Positions 27,901 through 37,911 of a stretch of 64,000 nt of DNA are shown here, one piece after another. A program made the translations under genes and the position numbers. The stretch lies in sequence record MZ475891.1. One strand, given 5' to 3'. Under the pieces are notes generated by a model. The model was given only the letters and a program-made list of their open reading frames with translations. It did no database searches and was not told the DNA's origin. How positions within the stretch are numbered: the stretch's first letter is position 1; every line of letters starts with the position of its first letter.

Positions 27901-30825
27901 CAGCATAACGTAGCTGAAATTGAAGCGGTTAACGAACTCAACAGCACCACGTACGCGAACACGCACACCACCAATGTCAACGTTGAACGTACCGGTCTGC
28001 AAGAAGCTCAGGCCAACGATGAAGAGGGTGTTCTGAGGAGCCTGCTTAATCACGTCGTACATACGGTCTTCACCCCAGGAGTTCACGGTGTCAGACGTAA
28101 TAGGTACGGCGTTCCAACCATCAGCAATCTTGTGCAAGTCATCACACCAGTTCGATACGAGGTTGGTAGGGCAGATGATCAGAGGACGAATGTTCTCTTC
28201 ACCCAGGTCATTCAGCTCCTGAATGGTAGCAGCAATATCGGACAGACCGATGATTGTCTTACCGCCGCCAGGCGCGATAAAGACTGTAGCGTAACGCGGA
28301 CGGCGGCGAAGTGTTTTGTGCGCTTCTACCTGATGTGGTAAGAGTGCAGCACCTGCTTTGAGTCCAGGAATACGAATGTCTTCAATCGTGATACCCTGAT
28401 CAGGCTTGAGGCGTTCGATCTCAGTTTCCGCAGATTCGAAAATCTCCAGAGACTTAGGAATGACCGCGCTATACAGCTTGGAGAATGGCAGAATGATTTG
28501 CTGCAAACGTTCTGCGCCTGGCGCTTCGTCGCTTTCAACCAGAGAGCTAAACAGCTTCTTACGATCAGCACTGCCGATAGCAGCAGCCAGCTCACGATAC
28601 AGCGCACCACCGAAGTAGTTGTTCAGTCGCGCCATGTCGCTGATTTTGGCAGTCTGACCCATCACGAAGTAATGCGTGTGATTAGGCAGAGACTCCATAG
28701 CACCAGCAATGTCACCGCTCATCTCAGTAACGGTAGTCGCTACCATGTTAGAGCCGCGTAGGCCAGATGCATCGTTGAGCACGCGCAGCATGATACGCAT
28801 AGCAATCAGGCCAGAATCACCCTGAGCCAGAGTAAAGTCATTCTCAATCAGACCCGCGTACAGGTTGCTGTCGAGAGAGCTTTCGGTCAGTGACGCGTTC
28901 TCTGCATCCATGCCGATTGCAGCACGCGCTTGCTTAATCAGCGTAGGCAAATCAGGCACCAGCTTGTGGTTGAATGCGAAAGAATACGCAGCCACAGTCT
29001 GTGCGATGATGCTAACAAGGCCATCAACTTCCGAGTCTTCGGTGGTCGTGAACACGATGGTCTTGTCGTTGACGCTATCGATCAGTTTGCCTTTCGCAGC
29101 TTCCAGTTTAGCCGCCTGCAACAGCAGGTCATTAGCAACACGATACGAGGTCATGTTACCGCTAGACTGATTGCTCATGATGTTGCGAATAACGTTCGAC
29201 GCTGAGCGGAAGTTAGGCGTTTCGCCAGGCTCTGCAAAGTCGTAGCCCAGCATATCAGCAACGTCTAACGAGTTAGGCGCTTTCATGCCGACAGTACGGG
29301 TTTCGTTAACCGACAGGCCACCACCGTTCGAGGTGTTAACCACCAGCGCGAAGTCTGGGTCGACGCCGATACACACGTTGCTGAATCGCGTTAACGATTT
29401 GGCTTCCGCCTGCATCGAGTTATCGAAGTCGAGGTTGCCGTTCTGAATAGCGAAGATGTTGGTACGCAGCGTCTGGTGTTCAGTAGACAGCGGTACGCCT
29501 TTCGCAAACAGATGCTCCAGCACGCGGTTCAGTTCGGTTTCGTAGTTGCGCACCATCTCAACGTCAATGTCTTCACGGCGAGGCAACACAGACAGCGTAC
29601 CGTTAGGCATGATGGTCAGATCGTTTTCATCTGCCACAACATCGTGGACAGCGTAGCCGAACTTCTCACGCAGTTGTTTGAGCGCAGGCAGGCCAGTAGC
29701 AGAGGTAACGTAACGTGGGATACGCGCAGCACGCGTGATACCAGTACGAGTAGAACCACTGATACGGAAGTAATAGCTCGTCCAGCCCTGGAACCAACGA
29801 TACAGACACATGGTCTGAGTGTCAGCACCCTGAGAGATGTACTCAACCATCTCTTTGCTCAGGTTAACAATCAGGCCGCCTTCTGCACGAATGTCGGTAG
29901 CGATTGCTACTTCGTTGAACTCCAGCGGATAGTCGTGGCTGATCTTCATCGCTTCGAGTTTGCGATCAATCATCTGCTTGCCTGGAATAGAGCGCAGGCC
30001 CAGAGTCATGAAGTCGCCGAGCGCATCAACAACGTCTTTGTCCAGATTACGGAACAGGTTGATATCCAGATTGTGCATCTTCGGGTGCACACCACGCAGC
30101 GCCGCGTTGTAGATAGACCAGTCTTTGCCGAGAGGGATACGAACAACTTTGGTCTGGAACACGTTGGCGTTGGTACGCGCTTCACCGAAGATATCCTTGT
30201 ACAGGGTCTTCGCGGCGTTGATAGCTGCCTGAGCAATGTCAGAGCTATACACCTGAATGTTCATCTGCTCAAAGTTAGAGTCGTTATCGACACGAGGACG
30301 ATCACTACCCTGACTGTTCGTAACGTTGAAGTTACCCGCACCAGCAGCTGGAGACTGCGGGCATGGCGTGCCTGACATGATAATGTCTTTGCCGCCTGGG
30401 TACACGGTACTGTTTTCGATGATAGCGCCTGAGGTATTGCTCAAGTTTTCCGCTAACGCCGTTTTGATTTCACGCGACAGCTTACCACTGTTCAGCAGCA
30501 CCTGAATCTTGTTCGTGGACATGTCCACATATTGCTGCACACGCTTGGTGAACTCTTCTGGCGCTACTTCCAGAATGTCTTCGAACTCAGCACCATTACG
30601 GATGATGTAGTTGAGCAAGTCGAATGCTGCATAGATACGGGCGACAGTTGACGCAGAGAACACGGCCAGTGTTTCATAGTGACGGCGTGCTTTGCCTGTC
30701 ACGTACATCTTGGACATGAGCTGCTCGGAGCCGAACGGTACAGGTTTTACCGCCAGCGCCTGATTAAAGCTATCAGCAATTTGCTGGGTCGCTGTGGCGG
30801 AGGTACTGATAATCTGATTCATCAT
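24991..30825 (-). CDS. giant SNF2-family helicase/ATPase
   Basis: LLPHQ, APGGGKT, PLIICP..L..NW, LDESH, ATGT, EGHNMQ, PWSPG...QSTARIFR. About 800-aa N-terminal and 450-aa C-terminal extensions. Confidence 0.88.
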   Translation of the reverse strand: MMNQIISTSATATQQIADSFNQALAVKPVPFGSEQLMSKMYVTGKARRHYETLAVFSASTVARIYAAFDLLNYIIRNGAEFEDILEVAPEEFTKRVQQYVDMSTNKIQVLLNSGKLSREIKTALAENLSNTSGAIIENSTVYPGGKDIIMSGTPCPQSPAAGAGNFNVTNSQGSDRPRVDNDSNFEQMNIQVYSSDIAQAAINAAKTLYKDIFGEARTNANVFQTKVVRIPLGKDWSIYNAALRGVHPKMHNLDINLFRNLDKDVVDALGDFMTLGLRSIPGKQMIDRKLEAMKISHDYPLEFNEVAIATDIRAEGGLIVNLSKEMVEYISQGADTQTMCLYRWFQGWTSYYFRISGSTRTGITRAARIPRYVTSATGLPALKQLREKFGYAVHDVVADENDLTIMPNGTLSVLPRREDIDVEMVRNYETELNRVLEHLFAKGVPLSTEHQTLRTNIFAIQNGNLDFDNSMQAEAKSLTRFSNVCIGVDPDFALVVNTSNGGGLSVNETRTVGMKAPNSLDVADMLGYDFAEPGETPNFRSASNVIRNIMSNQSSGNMTSYRVANDLLLQAAKLEAAKGKLIDSVNDKTIVFTTTEDSEVDGLVSIIAQTVAAYSFAFNHKLVPDLPTLIKQARAAIGMDAENASLTESSLDSNLYAGLIENDFTLAQGDSGLIAMRIMLRVLNDASGLRGSNMVATTVTEMSGDIAGAMESLPNHTHYFVMGQTAKISDMARLNNYFGGALYRELAAAIGSADRKKLFSSLVESDEAPGAERLQQIILPFSKLYSAVIPKSLEIFESAETEIERLKPDQGITIEDIRIPGLKAGAALLPHQVEAHKTLRRRPRYATVFIAPGGGKTIIGLSDIAATIQELNDLGEENIRPLIICPTNLVSNWCDDLHKIADGWNAVPITSDTVNSWGEDRMYDVIKQAPQNTLFIVGLSFLQTGTFNVDIGGVRVRVRGAVEFVNRFNFSYVMLDESHKVKNFSGGQSGSQVHFNTKAVFTAPSVRYARIATGTLVTDRVRDIVGQAALMTPAMFGDSLDVAYDGAKDDIEMIRRAHSRMSNHTAFISFKRKNWAFMLPNPIDTFIQVEIDDPTVPNSSLHQEVYNAMYAQVLEKLQEAANNAKRRAASAGEDDEEDGAEATASDDIDEDDIEEGDDLGALLAGNADLNMYFQRMEMMLTDPMGDDVARLTFENAGVTKFVSAKVLTIIERIRKHFEVQPERDPLVKEQQIFNWTQGVTPRELDMAVYQGQKYLARKQSEEFQRQTLPPSMVPPPEDPDYWKPEVQGKLIVFTRYTRAANAIYNSLPENYKKVAVVYHGEVGKLGQNKEANLDAFKTDDRVQILIANEQAISEGHNMQMGSRIIRCDTPWSPGTYDQSTARIFRPDVAAAVLDENGKPGDMKREAVFIDWVMTNKTLEVGKVARLMWKTLEKTRFDEKGNQRYEKLDQYQLAPIKMNASLLIDNNTMEDFKPYFLAKRDLNDIEAQEFQEMRKTTIAAMQPLPATPALRDFRIMEQVPIVANQKIPDRHNWGLERLLDWARNQNFSSGENVKDALNRAPVVTEFGNGIIVSVTVRTADGKLRADSPISTVRVRLAGGEEIVTVPANKVHYAGKVSPADLKRFFEVRKPWATAKDRKRVEAEAKRVEVEDTVTDETQTADSKATEKKVEAQERKNARVTQRKANKEEGKPINEGVEQAAARVRRRKAAELPPLDNKVRKAVRGAAVTLDDGTDMSLELTPTVYNGFVALYADATDPDAKALKDFEFTEFGDYVYIDCAYYSDFEKFLDFIEAKKLDFDGPSSRRLEFVQDFFDESTPKLSFNYQLAVKAQSQLKQFFQIRHTSAKDVKHIKAYPMVMEDRLRIMFDLATNPKVKRFVGTKIPNTRKFGTFSLSSGMWISFVKNVAGAKARINRIQKAGYSIPNMKQCLAALTKLKLTASKDKSV

Positions 30826-31319
30826 TCACCCAGTTTAGTGTAGTTGTCAATCACTGACTGCCACAAAGCAGGCACCTGAAGGCGACGATCAGCAGCAATG
30901 TCCGAGAGAGTCATTGCCAATGCGTATGCACGCAGAGGTTTGAGTCCTTCAAACTTATCACGAGTGAACACCGAACCTAATTGCTCGTTGGTCAGTTCGT
31001 TATACTGCTCGCGGTATTCTGCACGATACTTAACGTAGCTACCGTCATCAACAGGGGTGGTGTCAGGCGCGGACTGTGCGAATTGAATCGTCTTAGCCAT
31101 AGCATCCATCAACAGCAGAAGGTCTGCTTGATCGTATGGCGAAATGTCAGGTACGCCCGCTTTACCCAAAAGGTCCACAACTGATTGCGGCAATTGGATA
31201 GGCTCACGCGAATCTGACACAGACTGCATAATCCCTTGAGCTGCACCAGCGTAGCGTTTATCACTACCAGCCAGTTCAGCCAAGAGAGAAACGAGTCGTG
31301 CGTTAATCTCTAAACTCAC
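30822..31319 (-). CDS. hypothetical protein
   Basis: 165 aa, GGAG RBS, overlapping the SNF2 start. Confidence 0.6.
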   Translation of the reverse strand: MSLEINARLVSLLAELAGSDKRYAGAAQGIMQSVSDSREPIQLPQSVVDLLGKAGVPDISPYDQADLLLLMDAMAKTIQFAQSAPDTTPVDDGSYVKYRAEYREQYNELTNEQLGSVFTRDKFEGLKPLRAYALAMTLSDIAADRRLQVPALWQSVIDNYTKLGE

Positions 31320-31329
31320 GGTGATTCTC

Positions 31330-32112
31330 CTAAGTAAAAATGCTCTTGACCAAACTGTTGAGTTTCTTCTCTACGGCAGTGCGCTTGTGAGAAGTCAAAA
31401 AACAGCACAGTCTGCGAGACTGTAAGTGCAACGCAAAAGCATTACCCTTAACGCGCATACAGCTAATCCCCAGGTCCAGATTCCATGGATGCCACTGACG
31501 CGGTAATAACATGGCTTGCTGAATCGCCGGATAAGTGTCCGTAACAACAGGCGAAGGGGACTTTGCAAGTTTCTGAGTCAAATTATCAGTCTTGAACAAA
31601 GCCTTAGGCTGTTTGTTAGAAAACCAGTAAGGAACCTGTCTGTGGAGTATCTCACCCACTTTAGGGATTCCTGTGCGATTAGTCTGTGGCACGTATACCA
31701 AGTATATATCAACTGTCGTGTTAATGCAATTGGCTACGCGATTAAAATCGCTGGTGGTTCGTGAGTGCACCTCAGCAAGACGAAACTTGCTATTGAACTC
31801 AATACGTTGCAGCCAGCGTTTCAGATCTGTCTGTTGCAGTTTAAGCAGCGCACGCGCACTATCGATTGAATGACGAGTGACACGCGGCACAGGACGAATC
31901 AAATACTTTGTGCTGGTGCGAGACAGAGAAGACAGGAAGCCATCAACAACACGTTCCATGCCCAGAGGCTGAGGCAGCGAGTTGAACAAATCTACCGCTG
32001 TTTGTGTTGAGATGTACGATCCCCAAGCATCAAGATACTCAGGGTCTACGCAATCAGGGAAGTTCCGCAGATCGAGACCGACAGCAGAACCATAGGCTTT
32101 CAAACGACTCAC
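31330..32112 (-). CDS. hypothetical protein
   Basis: 260 aa, overlapping the HNH stop. Confidence 0.6.
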   Translation of the reverse strand: MSRLKAYGSAVGLDLRNFPDCVDPEYLDAWGSYISTQTAVDLFNSLPQPLGMERVVDGFLSSLSRTSTKYLIRPVPRVTRHSIDSARALLKLQQTDLKRWLQRIEFNSKFRLAEVHSRTTSDFNRVANCINTTVDIYLVYVPQTNRTGIPKVGEILHRQVPYWFSNKQPKALFKTDNLTQKLAKSPSPVVTDTYPAIQQAMLLPRQWHPWNLDLGISCMRVKGNAFALHLQSRRLCCFLTSHKRTAVEKKLNSLVKSIFT

Positions 32113-32474
32113 CGTCTACCTCCATGAAGCAACTTCGAACCTCTTCGGTTCGCTGAGCCTATCTGGTTATTATCACAATCATGGCACAGCAGCTCCAGAT
32201 TGTGTTTGAGATTGCTTCCACCACGTGAGTGGGGAACTTTGTGGTTAAGAATCAGTTGTGGTGTGCGCTTGCCACAACGTTCGCACGCTTGACCACGCTC
32301 ATCGATGATCTGCATTTTGAATGCGTGCCACTCTGAACGGTCCATACGAACATGCGTACCAGCACGCGCACGCTCCATACCTGAAACACCAGCAAGGCGT
32401 TGAGTAGTAGACAGGCTACGACCCCGACCGCCATTCTGTCTTGCAGCGATACCGCCACGCGCTCTATATACCAT
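32109..32474 (-). CDS. HNH endonuclease
   Basis: CERC...NHKVPHSRGGSNLKHNLELLCHDC. GGAGG RBS. Confidence 0.85.
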   Translation of the reverse strand: MVYRARGGIAARQNGGRGRSLSTTQRLAGVSGMERARAGTHVRMDRSEWHAFKMQIIDERGQACERCGKRTPQLILNHKVPHSRGGSNLKHNLELLCHDCDNNQIGSANRRGSKLLHGGRR

Positions 32475-32507
32475 GAGAACCTCCTACAGTTTATTTTACA
32501 GTTGTTT

Positions 32508-33329
32508 TTATGCTGAGGAGCTGAATATCTCAACTGTTTTATTCAAGCCCGCCTGGTACGCCATCTCAATGTCTTTAGCAGCGTTACGGATAATCTGCGT
32601 AACAGCAGCATCGGCTTTGGCGATCTCTTCGATAGCGAGGTTCTTTTTGTTCCACGCTTTGAGCAGATGGTTAACGCCAACAAGAATCGTACCGGCAGAC
32701 TCTGCAAATGGTCCCATAACTTCGGCATTAAGGATTTCAGCAAGCTGGGAAACGTCACGCAACGCACGAAGGTCAGCGATGATTTCACGCATCTGATTGT
32801 ATAGCTGCATCAGCGCATAAATATCACGGCTTTGTTTCTTGTCGCGGTAGTTCTCCTCACAGATACGAGCCATAGACTGACACTGACCAAACATTGTCAT
32901 GTACTCGGCGATCTGTTCATTCTCTTGCTTGATAACGTCAGGTACTTCGGACAGCACTTCCATCAGTTCGCCTTCTAAGGCAACGAGGTCAGTACCACCC
33001 ATAGACTTGACTTTCTTTTTCTTCTTCGCCTCTTTGATTGTCTCAACGGCGTTAGTTTTCTTCTTCTTTTTCTTCGCTTTCTTTTCTTCTTTCACGGCCA
33101 ATGCTTTCTGTGTAGCCGCAATATCCGCATACATCTCATCGGCATCAATGCGCGTAGGCATAATGTCTTTCGAGCTATCGGATTTCTTTTTCTTTTTAAC
33201 CTTCACGCCTTTGCTAACTGTCTTAGCTTTCTTGACGGAAGTCTTTGCCTTCACCGTCGCCTTCTTTTTCTTCTTGACAGGAAGAGGCTGAGCGTGTGAG
33301 CCAATGTCGTCCAAGCTTATGGCTGGCAT
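32508..33329 (-). CDS. Lys-rich protein, possible terminase small subunit
   Basis: Poly-Lys N-half and helical C-half. RDIYALMQLYNQMREIIADLRAL loosely resembles the T4 gp16 oligomerisation helices. Confidence 0.35.
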   Translation of the reverse strand: MPAISLDDIGSHAQPLPVKKKKKATVKAKTSVKKAKTVSKGVKVKKKKKSDSSKDIMPTRIDADEMYADIAATQKALAVKEEKKAKKKKKKTNAVETIKEAKKKKKVKSMGGTDLVALEGELMEVLSEVPDVIKQENEQIAEYMTMFGQCQSMARICEENYRDKKQSRDIYALMQLYNQMREIIADLRALRDVSQLAEILNAEVMGPFAESAGTILVGVNHLLKAWNKKNLAIEEIAKADAAVTQIIRNAAKDIEMAYQAGLNKTVEIFSSSA

Positions 33330-33351
33330 AGTGAAATCCTCTGAGGAAATG

Positions 33352-33378
33352 AAAAAGGGAACCCTGTTAGGCTCCCTT
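33352..33378 (-). terminator. intrinsic terminator
   Basis: GGGAGCC-TAACAG-GGTTCCC followed by TTTTT. Confidence 0.75.
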
Positions 33379-33387
33379 TAGGGTTTG

Positions 33388-34215
33388 TTAGAAGCTGTGT
33401 GCGCGAATACGATCAGCCAGAAGCGAGAAGTATTCAGGGCTGTAGCGATACACCTTAGCGTAGTAGTCGAGCAGCTTAGGCACATCAACACCAGCAGCGG
33501 CAGACACGCTATCCAGCGCAGGGAACTGGCGCTCGTCAAGCTCATCGCTCGGCAGCACAGCTACCATTGAAGATGAGGTGATTTGTTCGTTGTTACCTTC
33601 GAAGTCAACAACAAGGAAGCTGTTGTCGTCAGTAACACGCGCAGCGACGAAGCCAACGGTCAACGCACCAGACGCAGACACGAAGCTAATCATGTCACCG
33701 CCCTGAGCACCAGCACGGTCAGCAGCATTAGCAGACAGAGCCTGGGCAACTTCTGGCAGACGTGCATTCAGGTTGAAAGCAGCAGCACCAGACACAGAGC
33801 GAATCATATCGATCAGGTCGGCGTTATCGTTTGCTTCTGACTGGCGCACCAGAACATCTTCACCGCTTTCAGATTTGCGAACAGCCCACATGCGCTCTTG
33901 TTTGTCCATGTACATATTCTTGGACAGAGCCTGGAACTCATCGCCCATCTGAGCAACAGGAACGATATCCTGCATACGGGTCAGAATGGTACGAACGAAG
34001 CTGGAGGTTTTACCCTGCTCAATCATCGAGGTCGCACCCTGAACAGGCATGAACTCGCGATCACAGGAAGCACTCACGATAGCACCGAAATTATCGGTAA
34101 TATCTTCGTTTGGGGTATGTGTAACTTGCACGATGGCCACACTCTGGGTGTCGTTGAGCTGGTCAATCTGCTTGATGAAAGCGTCCATTGTCATCTCCTG
34201 GGATATGTTTGACAA
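33388..34215 (-). CDS. hypothetical protein, probably virion-associated
   Basis: 275 aa in a structural-looking cluster. An internal ATG after GGAG is an alternative start. Confidence 0.55.
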   Translation of the reverse strand: MSNISQEMTMDAFIKQIDQLNDTQSVAIVQVTHTPNEDITDNFGAIVSASCDREFMPVQGATSMIEQGKTSSFVRTILTRMQDIVPVAQMGDEFQALSKNMYMDKQERMWAVRKSESGEDVLVRQSEANDNADLIDMIRSVSGAAAFNLNARLPEVAQALSANAADRAGAQGGDMISFVSASGALTVGFVAARVTDDNSFLVVDFEGNNEQITSSSMVAVLPSDELDERQFPALDSVSAAAGVDVPKLLDYYAKVYRYSPEYFSLLADRIRAHSF

Positions 34216-34237
34216 TATGAAATTAGTATTTCGAGGG

Positions 34238-35434
34238 TTACCTGGTCACGCTGTAACGCGCATTTACCCAGATACTTCGGTTACCAACAGTTGCCCACTT
34301 GGTAGTAGGAGCGTTTGTGATGCCGAGCTTGCCGAGAGAACGCGCGCCATCGATAGCACCAGAACCCTGAGAACCATCACCATCGTTGATACCAGCTTTC
34401 GACAGTTTGTTCTTCAAGTTGGTGACAGGACCTTGTATCTGTGTTTCGATTCTGCCTAAAGCAGCTTCGATAGCAGGGGTGCGGTCCATATTGAGGTTTA
34501 CTACTTGCCCCGTGAAGTCAAAGGCCATACTGCCCTCTGCTTGCAACTGAGCGGCGAGCGCATAGTAACACGCACACGTTAGCCAACCATCAAGTATTGT
34601 ACCTTGCATGTTCGTACCACTAAAGCCCGTAACGCGAGGGCCTACCATATTGAACAGCGCAAGGCCACGATAGAGATAACCAATCAGATCAGCCTGTGTA
34701 TATTCCAACTCAGGTATCACGTTGAATGCACGCGCTTTGTTGATGTGGTCTTCGACAAAGGAAGCAGCGAGCAACACTTGAGGAGTGATTACCCACAGCT
34801 TGTACGTGTACATCTTGGTCGTCTTACGTGTCGCAGAAGTGTGTGAAGCGATAAGCGAGATGGGTTCGAGGCGACGAGTCGCTATCCATACAGGCACTTT
34901 GAACACGCAGGTATCAGCACGATTCACAATCATCTTAACACCCGCATCGCTGGAACTAATGTCAGTCGCAATGATTTGGTTGTTGAGGGACAACTGGAAG
35001 CGCAGCTTATCACCACGAGTATCAAAATGAAAAGGCAACGTTAGCTCAAACGTTTCTTCATCGCCGAACAAACACACAATGTCTGTTACACGGTTTTCAG
35101 TCAGAGGCTCAACGGTCAGTTCTTGGCGCGACTGCACGAGTCCCTCTTCGGACTCATATCGCCATGAGACAGTCAGACGTTTAGCGTCCGTAAGACCCAT
35201 GTTAGGAACTGCAAGGTCTGCGGTCCAATAGCCAGGCACTTCACCTGTTGTGGCAACCACTTGAGCAAGCACAGAACGATCTGAGGGATCGATGAGCGTT
35301 ACCACAGGCCCCATGTCGTCTGACTGAGGATAAATCGGTTCGTCTAGATCGTTGAAGAAACCTTCCTCAACGACCAATACGTTACCTTCAACAGTGCGCA
35401 TATCAACCTGCCTTAGTGAGTCCCAGGTACTCAA
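34238..35434 (-). CDS. putative head-tail adaptor/neck protein with N-terminal beta-sandwich
   Basis: C-half EYTQADLIGYLYRGLALFN resembles head-completion proteins of large phages. Alternative ATG start at 35401. Confidence 0.35.
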   Translation of the reverse strand: MSTWDSLRQVDMRTVEGNVLVVEEGFFNDLDEPIYPQSDDMGPVVTLIDPSDRSVLAQVVATTGEVPGYWTADLAVPNMGLTDAKRLTVSWRYESEEGLVQSRQELTVEPLTENRVTDIVCLFGDEETFELTLPFHFDTRGDKLRFQLSLNNQIIATDISSSDAGVKMIVNRADTCVFKVPVWIATRRLEPISLIASHTSATRKTTKMYTYKLWVITPQVLLAASFVEDHINKARAFNVIPELEYTQADLIGYLYRGLALFNMVGPRVTGFSGTNMQGTILDGWLTCACYYALAAQLQAEGSMAFDFTGQVVNLNMDRTPAIEAALGRIETQIQGPVTNLKNKLSKAGINDGDGSQGSGAIDGARSLGKLGITNAPTTKWATVGNRSIWVNARYSVTR

Positions 35435-36509
35435 TTAAATTGCGTAGCTGGTCATTGAACCCACCGGATATAAGCGCTCTCGCCATATTCAAGTGATTCG
35501 AAGAAACTGCACGCACAACCTTAGCCTGATACTCTGGAACGTTTTGCATGTTCTGAGTCAGGTTGTAGAAATAGCTGCGCACAAAGTTAGTTCGCTCCAC
35601 ATTGCTCGCTTCCATATCAGACGTATCTTGCGTCGGAGTAAGAAGCATATACAGGGCAGCAAGCAGTTCAGGAGTCGGGTCAACAATCTGCGATGCGATA
35701 GCGGCACTAAGTTTCATCATGCCTTTCGCAACGAAGTCCGCGACAGTTTTGTCGATATACTCGGTGCCAGACTTGCCTACGTTCGGAAGATATAGTTTCG
35801 GCAGAATGTACATGCAGAAGTAAAGAGGGAAGTCTTTACGCATAACGTCCGAGATAAGCATCTCTGAATAGTCTTTCCAGATGTTCACGTTGTAGTGCCA
35901 TTCATCGTACGGCACAGTGCGCATCAGGTTAGACACACTCAGGTCGAGCACCTGATTGGCTGTCGTAGCCAAGTCGATGTAGTTTGCAGCAGGCGAAAGG
36001 GACGCACTCGAAACCAATTGAACGTAGTTACGAGTCACGGCACCAACAGTGTTATAGATAACATTGAGGAACTCAAGTCCGTTGCCGTTAAGCGCAAACA
36101 ACACAGAGCGAGGTAGACCGACAGTCAGGTATTCGTTATTGTCAGCTACACCCCATAAACGCCAATAGCGCCCACGACCAAGCTGCGTCAGAGGTTGAGG
36201 CAGCACGCGGTTGGGGCGCGGCTTGAGGCAAAACGTGAAGCAGATACCGCTGTCAATCATGATCACTGAATCATCAGGACGATTCGAGTAACCCATCGAC
36301 ATTTGATTGTCGGTACTGAATACGTTAACCAGAGTGAAGTTCAGAGCTTTGGTGAAAGGCATCTGAGCTTCAATTATCTGGGAGATGACTTGACGCAAGA
36401 TAGTGTCAAGCACATAAGGAGAAGCACTTCGCATTTGTTGCGGTCGATACTGACCACCGAAAGTGCTTTCCTTGAATGTGCGATCTACCTTGTAGTGGGT
36501 CATTGCCAT
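35403..36509 (-). CDS. hypothetical protein, probably virion-associated
   Basis: 368 aa, coupled to 36509..37798. Confidence 0.55.
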   Translation of the reverse strand: MAMTHYKVDRTFKESTFGGQYRPQQMRSASPYVLDTILRQVISQIIEAQMPFTKALNFTLVNVFSTDNQMSMGYSNRPDDSVIMIDSGICFTFCLKPRPNRVLPQPLTQLGRGRYWRLWGVADNNEYLTVGLPRSVLFALNGNGLEFLNVIYNTVGAVTRNYVQLVSSASLSPAANYIDLATTANQVLDLSVSNLMRTVPYDEWHYNVNIWKDYSEMLISDVMRKDFPLYFCMYILPKLYLPNVGKSGTEYIDKTVADFVAKGMMKLSAAIASQIVDPTPELLAALYMLLTPTQDTSDMEASNVERTNFVRSYFYNLTQNMQNVPEYQAKVVRAVSSNHLNMARALISGGFNDQLRNLIEYLGLTKAG

Positions 36510-37798
36510 TACTTGACCGACTGTTTAAGCAGACGCTTCTGTTGAGGACTCAGACCCATAACGTCGGAGATTTGATCAATCTTCGCCAGAGTCAGAACGC
36601 CTTTAGCAGTACCGCTAGAACCAGTCAAGCTGATCTTAACGAACTCACGTCCTTCACGACCTGTGACCAGCTGGTGGATAAGAGTGTTCTTACCGCTACG
36701 GCCTGCACGTAATGCGCTGCTTGCCATGCCCAGAATCTCGGTAACAGCTTCGCGCTTCTCAGAAGGAGACAGGCCAGGAACGAGACGCACATAAAGGCTA
36801 TCGTTCTGCACACGCACGGAGTCGAAGATTTCTTTGTTACGACCACGAACGGTGTGCTGGCGTTGACCCAACTGAGTCATGTTACGCAGGTCATCAGTCG
36901 AACGATTGATAGGCTTACGTTCGCTGTAGTTCAGGAATCCATCCAGAGCCATCAGCTGGTTGATAGCACGCTTCATTTCAGGAGCGGTTTCAATCAGACG
37001 GCCCAGTGGGAATGAGTTAGGAACTTTCTCATCCACCAGCGAGGTGATGTAGTTTTCACTCAGACCAGTAGCCACTGCAATCTTGGTAGAGACTACGATA
37101 GCATAGGTCGGATAGTGCAAGCCGTCAGAGTTCACGAAGTTATCGATGAACACATAGGTCTGGAAGATGATTGGGTCAGTACCCTGCGCGATGAAAGTAC
37201 GTGTACGAATCTTAGAGTAATCTTCTTTACTCAGAATCTTCGACAGGTAGTTAGCGATGGTAGCAGCCAACTTGGTGTGTTCTTTCGGTGCGCCGTTCTT
37301 AACGTCAATGCTCATCAAACGCACCAGCTGGGTTTGCTGGTCTTTGGCCTGATTGATAACACTAAGCAGTGACTTGGAAGCGCCTGTCTGATCTTTGAAG
37401 GCACTGAACGTTTTGCTATTCAGAATCTGATAAGCAACGGACAACTCGCCGATAGCCTGAGACAACTGACTGACCTGAGCGTTATATTTAGCTTTGTTCT
37501 GGACGTCAGAAATATCAATCTTCGACAAGTCGATCACTTGGTTCAGATCGATTGACTTGGCCTGTTTACCTTTGATTGAGCCTTCCAGATCAGAAAGTTC
37601 AATCGCTTTAGGGCTGGCGCTAACAGACAGCAGCTTCTTAGGAATGGTTACAGAAGTAGCAAGAGAGATAACGTTTTCAAGTACCTTCTTGAACTCTTTA
37701 GCAGTACGTGCATTACGCAACGCCACCATGTTCCCAGAGCCGTAATCAACGGATGCGCTGATGCTGCTAACTTCATTGTTTTTGGCAGTCTTAGCCAT
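36509..37798 (-). CDS. hypothetical protein, probably virion-associated (SSISA tag)
   Basis: Likely start is ATG 37798 after GAGGA: MAKTAKNNEVSSISASV. Confidence 0.55.
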   Translation of the reverse strand: MAKTAKNNEVSSISASVDYGSGNMVALRNARTAKEFKKVLENVISLATSVTIPKKLLSVSASPKAIELSDLEGSIKGKQAKSIDLNQVIDLSKIDISDVQNKAKYNAQVSQLSQAIGELSVAYQILNSKTFSAFKDQTGASKSLLSVINQAKDQQTQLVRLMSIDVKNGAPKEHTKLAATIANYLSKILSKEDYSKIRTRTFIAQGTDPIIFQTYVFIDNFVNSDGLHYPTYAIVVSTKIAVATGLSENYITSLVDEKVPNSFPLGRLIETAPEMKRAINQLMALDGFLNYSERKPINRSTDDLRNMTQLGQRQHTVRGRNKEIFDSVRVQNDSLYVRLVPGLSPSEKREAVTEILGMASSALRAGRSGKNTLIHQLVTGREGREFVKISLTGSSGTAKGVLTLAKIDQISDVMGLSPQQKRLLKQSVK

Positions 37799-37911
37799 GA
37801 TTATCCTCGGCTGGGGCAATTGTTCGAATCGAGTAAAAATTAGCGACAAGGAGCTGTTTATTTCTGATCTTAGCGCAGGAAGACTTTACAAATTTTTTGA
37901 CTGAGAATGAC

